A stretch of 64,000 nucleotides of DNA from Hemiscyllium ocellatum (Eukaryota): NCBI RefSeq assembly GCF_020745735.1, contig NC_083427.1, forward strand, positions 1,209,438-1,273,437, read 5' to 3'. Below the pieces are notes generated by a model. The model ran no database searches. It saw nothing but the letters and a program-made list of their open reading frames with translations, and had not been told where the DNA came from. The position numbers were made by a program, and so were the translations under genes. Below, piece by piece: positions 11,576 to 23,457 of this stretch (positions are counted from its first letter, which is position 1; each line of letters begins with the position of its first letter).

Positions 11576-12739
11576 GATATGGTTCTGCAGTGGCTGTTTT
11601 GTTGTATATTAGAAAGACTGTGCTGTATGATGTCCAGCTATTCCGTACTGGTGGGAGTGTCAGTAACTAGAGCAGATTCATCAGGTCATGTAATGGGGTA
11701 TCTATCCATGTCAGAAACTACCTTTGAATTGAAAAATGCTGCTGCTACTAACATAGAATCTCTACATGTACAACCTTGCGTGACATGATGAAAATACAAA
11801 CAGCGAAGCCGTTTGTGTGGCATCTGTTCATGCTAAAAAAAACCCTCATTTACTGAGGGTTCCATGGCATTACATGTTGGTTAGTTGTTGAAATGTGTTA
11901 GCCACCATTCTATGTCAGCTATTTGAAGCATCCGGTTTCGATAGACAGAACTGAAATAAAGTTTGGGAATTGCCTTCTCTCTACTTCTCAATTTCACAGT
12001 CGAGATTCACTGTGCCAAAATATCTGCTTGCCATCGTAACCCGTCACTTCCATTGTTCTCTCCTCAGTAATTCGATAGCAACTCACCCAACTCCACTGAA
12101 GTCTTGTTATGAATTGCATATGCGTAAACTAAACTGATTTGCTTTTGGGATGCGACAGATGCCACTTGCAGCAGTTGCTGAGAACACACAGCAGGTCAGT
12201 TCAAACCTAAATGGCATTGATAGACTAAAAGCCTGGACGTGAGCTTTGAATACATTCTGTGAAGCCGTTTATTCTGTGACAAGTACGACACTTCTGTGAT
12301 CATGATTATTTTAGATGAAATGTCCAAATGCCTGAATACATTATGAGCACTAACTTCTTCACATTAACTATACTGGTGTGAATTCAAGATTTCTTTATGA
12401 CAGACTTTATATTAGCATTAATTAAGGTTTCATTAATTTGACACTATGCAAGATTTCCAGCATTTTCAGTGGCAATTAACTACGTGGGTTATGATAAGAA
12501 AGCAAGGAGGCTCCAAACTGATATGGACAGTCTGTTCCCGGGGCAAGAAAAGATCAGATGGATTATTTTGTAGATTAAGTACAAGTTTATCCTCTTTGCC
12601 ATTACGGCCTTCAACGAGGAGTATCTCTGAAAAGCCAGGAGAATGGGAAATGTTAATGCTAAAAGGGAATTGAGAGTCTGATTATATTAGTTCTTGAAAT
12701 CTAACAAATGCAAGAAAGAGATAGAATGCTAAGAGGGTT

Positions 12740-13330
12740 GGTGTGAAGACAACAATCAATAAAACGAAGGAGCCGTGCATTGCCTTGTGGAAGTGAAGCT
12801 GATGGCATGCCCTTGTCTGTATCAATAGTGCCGAGATGAGGTTCGTCCACAGTGTCAAGGTTCTGGAAATGATTACGACCAACAACCTGTCTGGTCTATC
12901 CATGTCGTCTCAATGTTCAAGAAAACAAAAGAGCATATCTACTTCCTCAGGTGGCTGAAGGCAATTTGATATGTCCACAAGCGCTCTTATCAATTTTCAC
13001 AGATGCACCATAGTCAGCCTTCTCTGTGCATGCATCATAGTGCGATTTGGCAACAGCTTCTCCCATTACCACCAGAAACTACAAGAGTCATGAATACAGC
13101 CCCGTCCATAACATAACCCAGACTTCCAGCATTGAAGACGTGTTGATTTTCCAATCTCTTGAGAAGCCAACAATTGAATCAAAGACCGCTTTCACTCCTG
13201 CTCTGTTTTCTTCCAGCCTCTTCTATCAGACAGAAGACATAAAAGCTTTTGCACATGTGCAAATAGATTCAAGAATAGCTTCTTCCCTGCTGCTATTAGA
13301 TTCCTGAATGGAACTCTCAAATGTTACATT
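12740..13330 (+). mobile_element. Rex1/Babar-type LINE 3' fragment
   Basis: Decayed KKxxxxxYFLRxLxxF / LxNFxRCTI / xCIxxxFGN pattern at about 12915-13065, typical of Rex1/Babar RT C-termini. Confidence 0.6.
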
Positions 13331-14299
13331 TCATGTTGATCTCGCTCTGTGCCTCTTATCTGCAGCTGTATCGTTTTATGTTCGCTCCGTCCGAGGACCC
13401 TGCATACTTTGTTTGGTATGATCTGCCTACACTGCACGAAAAACAAAACATTTCACTGGACCTAGGTATGTGTCAATAATAATTCCAATCAAATCAAATT
13501 TATTGGAAAGCAAAGAGCAGCAGCTATGTTTTAAGGAGTTCAATCGCAAGGAAATTTGAATAAGAATACATGCATTGCTTCAAATTTGTAGAATTGCTAA
13601 GATTGCACCGAGACATAGTGCAAAATCTATTACCTTCACTTAAGTTAGGATGCAATTTCCTTTCAAATGAATTGTGATGGATATCCAGATGACAAACTTG
13701 TGAGATTGTCGGACCATCCCATGAAACGACTATGAAGAGACTGCTCTAATAGTTTGAGCTAATCGAATAATGAGAGATTGACCGAGCATGTGCATGACGG
13801 TGTACGGTTGGTGTTTGATGTTAATGACTTTAGTGGCAATGTGGATGCATGGAAAAATTACTCGAGGTAGGCGATCCAATGCTGTCGAGAATGGTGAATC
13901 AGGATCAAGGGGTGGGACGGCCTGCTCCATGCTTCCATATTCCTGTCATCTCAACAGCAGAAAGCTACAGAATCGAAGATAATTAAAACAAAAAGGAGAG
14001 TAACAAATCAACGAGAGAATGAATAAAATGATGGAAAATTTCAGGCATTCCTAAGTATGTTTTCATTGAGCTATTTCATGGAAGAAGGTGAATAATGAAA
14101 GCATTGGGGCGAACAGGAGTGGCCATTGTAACTGTTTCTTACAGAATTTTTTTCTTCACTAAGGAGGGAATTAATGGAAAGAGTGTAATTTAAAAAAAGG
14201 ATTCTAGTAAAATTTTATATTAAATAATAATGAGAATGAATGTATTGTAGAGTCAAACCTCCTGGAAAGTGCAGATATATTTCGTGGTAAAAGGAACCC

Positions 14300-15760
14300 A
14301 GTGAGGAAATAATAGATGCTCAAAGGATCATTTGCCAATTCTCACGAAATGTATGTGAGGTAGCAGAGAATTATAATTGTAAGTCTACAACTATTCCAGC
14401 CTCGAAAATGTCTCGATGTTCGACCAGAAAATTAAAGGCCAGTCCGTTTGTACTCCATGGAGGGCACTTTATGAGAACCAATTATTAAAGGTCAGGTGGA
14501 AAGATACTAAGAAAGAGTTGGACTAATCATGGAAAGTCAGAATGCATTTGTGATGTGAACATCGTGTGTTATGAAGTTAAGCGGTTTTTTTGGTGAAATA
14601 GCATCAAGGGGACTCTTAGGGATAGTATTTCGGTAATGTCTAAATGGATATAGTGAGGCATTTGCCGAGATCCAACGTAGAAGACTTGTCAGAAAAAAAA
14701 GCCCATGAAATAGAAGTGAGTGCCAAGTTTGATCACAAAATTGTGTCACCGACAGGAAGCAATGTTTAACACTGCAGAATGTGTTCCTTTGATTTTTTTT
14801 TAACCATTTCCAGTGTTGTATGACACGACTTAGTGTTTTATCGCTTGGCATTTGAGCTGTACATTCATGATATATATTTTAACGTGGAAGTTTTGATTTG
14901 GATTTCGTTGATGATACAGAGGCAGTGGCATCGTTTATATTAATGATAATGGCCGTCAAATGCAGCTTTATATTACTGGTTCAGTTCTGATGGTGAAATA
15001 TGATAATTTGAATTCAGTGTGTAAGTGGGAATATATAAAGTGAAGAGGATGTCAGAAACTTTACAGTATAGTCCATCGGTCCATGTTTGCTGAAGAACAG
15101 GTGATGAAATGCGTTAAAAAAGGCATGTGTGAACCATTGAGATGTTTTCCTGCTTTCGATGAAATGTTGAACACAAAATATATTCAATGCTCAAACTCTG
15201 TGGTTTGTTGATTGAATCAAACGCAGCAGTTTTGTGTGAAGTCCAAGTCACCAGGTTCGTGGAAAGGCAAAATTGTTCAGGATAGAGGACAACAAGTTAT
15301 ACAAGAATGTTGGGATAAATTTTAAATGGATGTACCATTGTTATTTTCCTCCCAAGACAGGCGGCAGAGTTCCAGCTAAATTGTACAGTACAAAATAATG
15401 AGGGGTTTATGTATTTGGGCAGCGAGTTCATGGTATTATTGCGGGGAAGACATAGGGAAATACATTAATGCATTATAGACAAGTAAAGTGATTTTTTACA
15501 GTCACATTCCGTAATTAGAACAAAATAATTGATTGTCTTTTAACCAGTGGGTACCTCTAAGGACGACATGTGAAGTAAGGGAGAGAAAAGCATTTCCATC
15601 CGATGCTGGGTGCTGTCTGAGATTTGTGTCCTGGTTTGATGGTTGAGACAGAAATCCTCAAGTTATTTGGAAGCAGTTTGGATGTGAAGCTGGGTGTTGT
15701 GTGCTTCAGGAATGTTGGATGGTTCTATAGTTCTGCAAAGTTTCATTCATAACGTGATCG
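14300..15760 (+). mobile_element. Highly degenerate CR1-type LINE
   Basis: Scattered remnants (gaaagtcagaatgcatttgtga, LAFELYIHD, FVDDT-like) in RT order. Confidence 0.45.
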
Positions 15761-16609
15761 CTAAATTGATCACTTCAAACCTGTCAATGGAACTTTATTA
15801 GTGGGAGCTGTTTTGAAGTTAGAATGAATCATTTTGGATAAAGTTATCAGTCAGTTGGAGAAATGTGCATTAATTACAGAAATGAAGACATGATTCAAAA
15901 CAGGAATAAAAGGTGTTCAAATAATTGATTGGTATTTTGACGAGGTAACAAAGTTGAAATGCTGGCATGAAATTACAAGAGGAAGAGAAACAATGCATTT
16001 CTAAAATTGTAAAGTCACAGAATACAAAGACAATTGTAAAAGATGACGAAGTTACATAATTGTCAAATGAGATGGAGTATCTATGTTCTTCCGATTTGAA
16101 AAAAACATATATAGTGATCTGTACTGAACAGGCCACTGGTTAAATCTTTCTATGAGAACTGGCGTTCTCTTCCCCATCCCCAATCGTTGCCCATTTCATG
16201 TAATCTTTAATACCTAATTAGCATCTGATTCCACTTTATGCCTATGAGTGTTCTGCGCCGAGTGATATCAAGTGTAATTATTTTAGATGGATTTACTTTA
16301 ATTGTTGTTGGTACCAAGAGGCAAGATATTAGTTGGTGGTCACTAGATGCTGTTGTCATCCTCACTTTTTTCTCCGTACGTGAAAAACACAATTCTATGG
16401 GATTTTAATACATTTTACAGATCCATAGATGCACAGATTCATAACAGCACAGAAAAGACCCTTTGCTCCATCGTGCCTCCTCCAACGTGCACGAAACATG
16501 CACTAATTGCAATTTCCTGCACTTGTCCCATATCCTTGAATATTGTGATGTTTGAAGTATATTTCCATTTCTTCCAAGTTGGCAAGGTTTCCAGCCAATG
16601 TGAGAAGTT

Positions 16610-18372
16610 GTTGGCAGTTAGGAACAAGGGAAACTTGAAGACCTTCTACAGGTATATCAGGAATGCAAGAATGACTGGAGTAAGATTAGGCCAATCAAAG
16701 ATGACTTTGTAAAGTTGTGTGTGGAATTTGAGGACATAACTGAAGCACTTAATGAATACTTTTCGTCAGTTTTCTCGTTGGAAAAGGGAAATGTTTGTGA
16801 GAATGCAGACTAGAAGAATTGATGGGATTATGCTTGACAAAGTGGAAGTTTTAGCAATTTTGGAAGATCTGCAAATAGTTAAGACCCTTGGCCAGGTGGG
16901 GTTTATCCTCGAATTCTCGGGGAAACCAATGAACAGGTTGCAGAGCCCTTTGCTTCGATCATTATGTCACCATTCCTGAAAAGAGTAGTGCCAGAAAACC
17001 GGATGATAACAAATGTTGTTCCCTTGTTTAAGAAGGAGAGTCGGGACAACCCTGATAGTTATAGGCCAGTGAGACTTACAGTGGGTTATAAGAGATACGA
17101 TATATGATCGTCTGGTAAAGAATGATTTGATTAGGGATAGTCAACACGGTTTTGCAAACTGTGGGTCGTGTCTCACTAACCTTATTGAGATCTTCGAGAT
17201 GGTGACAAAGCAGATGGATGAAGGTCAAGAGGTTGATGTGACGTATTTGGACTTCAGTAAGGCGTTTGATAGGATTCCACGTGGTAGTCTATTGCACAAA
17301 ATATGGAGTCGGGATTGAAGGTGATTTAACGGTTTTGATCAGAAATCGGCTGGCTTAAAGAAGATAGAGGATGGTGTTCGATGGGAAATGTTCATACTGG
17401 TTCTTGGTTATCAGTGGCATGCAGCAAGGGTCTGGTCTGGAGGCACTGGTGTTTGTCATTTTTATAAATGATCTGGATGTGGGCTTTAAAGGAGGAGTTA
17501 GTAAATTAGCGGATGACACTAAGGTAGGCAGAGTTGTGGTTAGTGCCAAAGGATGCTGTGGGCTATAGAGGGACACAGTTAAGATGCAGAGCTGGGCTGA
17601 GAAGTGTGAAATGGAGATTAATGTGGAAAAAGTGTGAGGTGGTTCACTTCAAAGAAGTAACGGGTATACAGAGTACTGGGCTTGAGATCAAATGTTTGCC
17701 AGTGTAGATGAACCTGGTCGGTGTCCAGGTGCATAAATCCCTGAAAAATGTCACCCAGTTGGATAGGGCTGTTAAGAAGGCATATGGTGCATTCGCCACA
17801 AGATCATGCTTCAGCTGTCCAAGATACTGGTAAGGCTGCACCTGGAATATTGCATGCAGTGCTGGTCACCGCACTATCAGAAGGATGTTGAAGCTTTGGA
17901 AAGGGTTCAGAGGACATTTGCTAGGATGTTTCCTGGTATGGAAAGAAGGTCTTTTGAAGAAAGGCTGAGGGAACTGAGGCTGTTTCCATGGGAGAGAAGA
18001 AAATTGAGAGGTGACTTTATCAAAGTGTATCAGATCATAACATGGTTAGATAGGGTGGGCAGTGAGAGCCTTTTTCCTCGGATGGTGATGGCTAACATGA
18101 GGGGACTGAGCTTAAACTGAGGGATGTTAGATTTAGAACAGATATTCGGGGCAGTTTCTTCACTCAGAGATTACGAGGGGCGTGAAATTGCCTGCCTGCA
18201 GTAGTAGACTCGACCAAGTTAAGAGCATTTAAATGGGCATTGGGAATACGTATAGATAATAATGGAATGGTGTAGGTTTGAAGGGCATCAGAGTATTTTC
18301 ACAGGTCGGTAAAGCATTGAGGCCCGAAGGGTCTGCACTGCGCTGTAACGTTCTATGTTCGATGTTCTATGT
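16610..18372 (+). mobile_element. CR1-type LINE, 5'-truncated, RT domain to 3' tail
   Basis: ORFs with TFYRYIR, RDSQHGF, TNLIEIFE, VDVTYLDFSKAFD, QGSGL..LVFVIFINDLD, KLADDTKVG, LVRLHLEYC; tail gttctatgttcgatgttctatgtt. Confidence 0.92.
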
Positions 18373-18399
18373 TACCTCGCCAATATGTGCATTCCAAAT

Positions 18400-19310
18400 T
18401 CTCTCGATGTGTTGAATGACACTCTGAACCTGATGCCCCTGTCGTAACTGACTCCTCAACCAAGGGGGGCAGGTGTTCTCTATTAAAACTTTGCATACCT
18501 CTCGTAATCGTAAACACGTAAATCATTACCCCCTTCTGTCTACTCTGTTTTGAAGAAAATGATCCAAACCCTATCTAGGATCATAACATAGCTCAATTTC
18601 TCCATCCCAGGCAACATCCTGGTGAATCTTCCCTCTCTCCCCTCTAATCCTGTCACATCCTTCCTGCCATGACAAGACCAGAACTGGACATCGTACTCCA
18701 AACCTGGCCTGACTGACGCTTTGTACAAGTCCAAAATTACTCATTTATGCTCTATGGCACGAAAGATGAAAACAAGTGTGCCTAACAGTACTTCATCTTG
18801 TTTCTTCTTCCAAAGCATATTATCTTGCACTTATCAGGGTTAATGATCATGTGTTTTAGGTCTCCAATCACCCAATAGGATTTTCACTATTTACCACTCT
18901 TCCAAATGTGGTATCTTCTGCAAGTTTGCTTCATAATCCTCCTCCCCCCACATTTTTATTTGAATGTTTTGTGTATCTAACGAACAATATGGGTCCGTAA
19001 ACTGCTCCGAGTGGTGTACCGTTTCACACAAGTCTGCAGTGATCCAAACAGCCTTCTATCATTGTCTTTGAGTTCTATTACAGAGCCAGTTTCTGATCTG
19101 GCGTGAAGGCTTTCGATCAGGTCCATGTGCTTTAACTGTCTCAAATAATGTACAGTAAGAAGTCTTTCAAAAACTTTGATGCAATCCATATATAAACTAC
19201 GTCAAATGATCTCCTATTGTCCACACATTTTAGTGTATTTTCAAAAATTTCCAACAAATTTGTTAGGCATGACATCCCTCTGAGAAAGCTATGTTTACTA
19301 TTCTCTGCCC
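18400..19310 (-). mobile_element. CR1-type LINE fragment
   Basis: Minus ORFs YMDCIKVFE and LYKASVRPGLEYDVQFWS. Confidence 0.8.
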
Positions 19311-19524
19311 TCTATTGCCTGTTCTCACAACTATATAGTCTACTCTGTCGTGGAAGTCCCATGATAGAACATTAATTCCTTTACTGAAGTTGACTCAGTC
19401 TGACAACGAATGTATCAAATATCACACAACTGTCAGTGCCTTGATATTACATAAAACGTGCCGGGATTTTTTCTTTTGTCGATGTGACTAAGTTTTCAAC
19501 AAAAAACTTCTCCACTAATTGCAG

Positions 19525-19682
19525 GTATCCCTGAAATAAAAGAGGACCCGGTAGACTATGACGTCGAAGAAAACGAACGAGAAAATTTCGATGGAGGTGC
19601 CAACAGTTCATTATCCATTATGACGTTTGTCGTCCTGTTTATTCTCAGTTCGCTGTACAGCACATTTGTAACTGTGCTTAAG
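19525..19682 (+). CDS. IgNAR: IgNAR transmembrane exon TM1
   Basis: Acceptor ctaattgcag|GT and donor AAG|GTAAGA; phase-1 entry fits the C5 (or C3) donor. (G)IPEIKEDPVDYDVEENERENFDGGANSSLSIMTFVVLFILSSLYSTFVTVLK: acidic spacer plus the conserved antigen-receptor TM motif (TFxxLFxLSxxYSTxVT). Missed by the ORF track. Confidence 0.95.
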
Positions 19683-20309
19683 GTAAGAACACATTTTAAT
19701 AGCTGTGTTACATTCGGCTTTCATAGATGAAATCATGCTCATCTGCACATAATAATGCAGAGCTATTACTCAAAAAATAATAATTTTCTTCAAATTGATC
19801 TTGAGTGATTAACTGCCGTCTTGAATAAACGTCCTCATGGGATGATTGCACAGAGGAATGCGAGCACACATTTTAAAAAGGTAAAAAAAGAATAGAAAGA
19901 AGTTCAGCACAAATTGTTTCAAATAGTTCTGCATCTCCATGAAGGAATGTGGAAAATATTAATTCATGAATCAGATTAACTAATTAGTTTAGTTTAGATT
20001 AGTTTAGTTCAGATTAGTTAATGAATCAGATTAACTAGTGACAGATCAAAGTGAATTTATAGGAAAAGCATCGGTATGAGAGGCGACTTTATTTGCAACA
20101 TGCAGCATTCTTCCAGATCTTTATAGGATAGATGCAGACATATTTTAAAAATATATATATATTATGAAACCTGATTCTAGTCCACCACTTGCATTTGGAA
20201 GCACGGGTTTTCAGAGCGCTGCTCCTGTGAAGTGTGATTTTTAGCTTTATTCACCCCAGTCCAATACCAAATCCTCGACATCATGCAGAAAGATTGTTTG
20301 ACTTGGTGG

Positions 20310-20975
20310 TGTATTAATACAGTCACAGAACGCACAAACGCAATTTCTGCAGAGTTGTGCCGATCTAACTATTCTATTCGCACATTCCAGCATTTGAGTT
20401 GTATGTTAGAATTCTTGAAGTACTCATCCATGTAAACATTTAAAGATTAAAAAGTTCTTTTTCTCACATCTACTACCCTCCGAGGCATTACCCTGCAGAT
20501 GCCCACTACCGTCTGGCTGAACAAATGCTTCATAAAAAATCATTCTGAAACACCTGCCCATCATTTTCAATTATGTTCCTTCTTTACTGAACACCTAATT
20601 AAAGGAAATAACAGTTTCCCGTCTACCCTGTCCATGCCACTTGTAGTCATATGCATCTCAACCACGTTCCCCTATCTGGTTTCTCTGTTGTAAAGAACAC
20701 AACCTGGATGAACAAAGCATCTGCTAATATTTAGAGCTCGCCAGCGCTGCTTAATCTTCTAATAACTCCCTCCACTTAAAAAAATTCCTTGGTGTCGTGT
20801 TGTAAACAGAACTACACACAGTAATCCAGCTGTGGACTAAACGAACTTTTGTAAAATTCCAACATAACCGTCCTGATCTCACATCTCTAACATACGTACT
20901 GACAAAGGCAAGGGTCCAGAATGTATTCTTAAAAAAAGGCACTCGATATCCACACACCTCAACATCTCCAGCATC
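20310..20975 (-). mobile_element. CR1-type LINE 3' fragment in the TM1-TM2 intron
   Basis: Minus-strand LVHSWITVCSSV (LVRPQLEYCVQF-like) region and 3' UTR remnants. Confidence 0.65.
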
Positions 20976-22129
20976 TTTTATAAGAGGAAATGGTTCATCA
21001 CATCACTCCCTATCATGTTTGCACTAATTAATACTGTTACCAAGCATCCTTCTGTACTCTGTGACCATCATCATCAATATCACCATTAGATAATGATGAT
21101 TGAGTTACCAGTTCAATACATAGGTTTGATGCATCTCAAGAGTTATCCTGTTTCACTGCATTTTGCTCAGAACTAATTTCAGCCACCTTGTGTAATTCAC
21201 CTTAATAGAAATTCACCATGATCACTGCAACCATGCAAAATCCATTTGATGTTTAAAGTCACGACATCATTTGACTGAATCTGCATAATGCAGAATCTAC
21301 CACCAAAATATCTTTCTTGCCTTGTGCCCTCTGCAGCCAAACACAAAGTTAAGAATTCGGTGTAACTATAACAGGATATCCCGCTCATTACGTCCCACAC
21401 ATAGCCTTCAATTATTAATCTGTAATCTATTAATGAAATACAGAAGCTCTGAAGAAAGTTCACTGCACCTGCAGCATTAAATCTGGTTTCACTGTACAGA
21501 TGCTGCCGGAGGTTTTCCATCAATTTCAAAATTTGTTTTTGATTTCCAGTATCCACAGATCTTTAGCTTTTTGAAAAATGAAAATGCTTTGTCTGAGAAA
21601 ACAAAATCCTGCATGACAATTTTTGGCTTTGCAAACAGGTGAAAGCCTAATTTCACGGGGCAGCCGATTGAAATAGAGAAGAAGATTCATGGATTTTGTT
21701 TTGGGAATTTCGAGGAGTTGCCAAGGGCCTTATTATAATTTTAAATAATACACACAGACATATGGTGCTGTCAGTTCATTCTTCCATCTTTGTTCAAGCA
21801 TTGAATACAGTCTCTCCTGGAATTTCCCACTCTACCTTTAGAAACTTGATTCTCAGCAGATTACCGATATATGCTGCAGAGTGCACTTTCACATTTTGAC
21901 CTTAAATGGCCTCTGAAACATTTAATTGCCCCAGCATTACTGCATCAGCGATTACATGGTCACCTGCAAGCTCGGTTTTCAGTGAGGCTGTTCCAAGTTG
22001 CAAGCAGGATGATGACGTCGAGTGAAAATCAATTCAATTAATTTATTAACTGGAACTCAGAATTTGCTGATGTTTTGTAATCAAATTTGAACTGTCTTTG
22101 CCAACTGTAAACAACCTTACATTTGCCCA

Positions 22130-23073
22130 AAAGAGAGAAAATGCTGGAAAATCTCAGGAAATTTGGCAGCATCTGGAAGGAGAGAAAAGAACTGACGTTT
22201 CGGGTCTAAAAGACCCTTTGTCAAAGCTAAAAAGGGGAGAAATAGGGAGGTATTTATACTAGGCTGGGAGAAGGTGCCATTTGTGCATGGCTTCACAAGC
22301 AAAGGTAGCAGTAAAGAGGTGATAATGACAGTACAGAGAGAGATTATAGGCTTATTAGAAGCTGAGGCCAGTGCTATGTGACAAAATATGTGGGGGATTG
22401 GTTGGGGGAGGGGGTGCGAGATGGAGGGCGGGAATGGGTGAAGCAGAGACAAAATGGGAAACGAGGAGAAGGGTAGCAAAGGGGGAAGAGGAGAGGTAAA
22501 AGGTGATGAGAGAGTGGGGAGCGAGAGAAAGAGAGACAATCAAGAAATAAGAGGCACAGAACAGTGAAAAAAAATAGAAAATTAAGATAAATAAAATAAA
22601 TGAAATTAAATTATGGAGCAAAATGAAAACAGAGGGGTCGAGATGGGATAATCATCTGATGTTGTTGAATTCAATGTTGAGACCGGCAGGCTGTAATGTG
22701 CCTAGTCGGAAGATGAGCTGTTGTTCCTTCAGTTTGCATTGAGTTTCACTGGAAAATTGCAGCAGGCCAAGGACAGACCTGTGGGCATTGGAGCAAGATT
22801 ATGTGTTGAAGTGGCAAGCCACGGGAAGGTCCGGGAACTGATTGCGTACACATATGGCTCCAGAAGCAAAGGTAGCAATAAAAAGGTGATAATGACGGTG
22901 TAACTAGTACAAATAATCTCTATTTCTCCCTTTTTTTGATTTGAGAAGGGGTCAGTTAGACTCAAAACGTCAGGTCCTTTCTCTCCTTACAGATTTTGCC
23001 AGACTTGCTGCAATTTTCCACCGTTCTCTCTTTTTGTTTTCAGATTTCAGCATCCGCAGTAATTTGCTTTTTT
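22130..23073 (-). mobile_element. Penelope-like element, 5'-truncated, with inverted terminal repeats and 14-bp TSD
   Basis: Minus strand encodes the endonuclease C-terminus PDLPVACHFNT*SCSNAHRSVLGLLQFSSETQCKLKEQQLIFRLGTLQPAGLNIEFNN (22670-22845). Terminal repeat 22130-22228 is inverted to 22940-23040. TSD cttacatttgccca (22116-22129) / cttacattttccca (23074-23087). Confidence 0.9.
22190..22228 (-). ncRNA. Minimal type-I hammerhead ribozyme motif (U3-A8 variant) in a PLE terminal repeat
   Basis: Minus-strand AGCU UUGACAA A GGGUC-UUUUA-GACCC GAAAC GUC AGUU: core, perfect 5-bp stem II, GAAAC, GUC cleavage triplet, stem I AGCU/AGUU. Confidence 0.75.
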
Positions 23074-23448
23074 CTTACATTTTCCCATGTGGGTCGTGAT
23101 CTAACTTTATTTCCTTGTACTCGTTTTATTTGGTAAATTGCCAGAGAATTTCTCTGCGCAGTATTTGCTATGCTACTGAACTTAAATCTCCTCTACAAAA
23201 CATGAATCTATGCTTCATTTACTTTTCTTCCAAGTCCAAATTTCTCTTTGTACGTTGCTTACTTGAAGAAAGGTCTAACCAGAGATGAGGCTACCTGATC
23301 ATGGAGTTTTGTCAATCCTTTCCAGATCACAAAACATACCACTCGATTTCATAATGATAGTCTGCGATTTGCCTTTTGTGTATGCTTCAGATTGTTGAAC
23401 GTTTTTATAGATTTTCTTATCGTAATTATTGGATTTTGCTCTCTGCAG

Positions 23449-23457
23449 GTAAACTGA
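23449..23457 (+). CDS. IgNAR: IgNAR transmembrane exon TM2 (cytoplasmic tail V-N-stop)
   Basis: Acceptor ggattttgctctctgcag|GTAAACTGA in phase 0 with TM1, giving K-V-N-stop, equivalent to the IgM KVK tail. Confidence 0.85.
   Translation, partial: VN

Noticed and set aside
19523-23457. AG|GT at the starts of TM1 and TM2 as recursive splice sites
   Set aside because: Explained by coding constraint (Gly/Val codons; IgM TM2 also begins with GT); no independent evidence.
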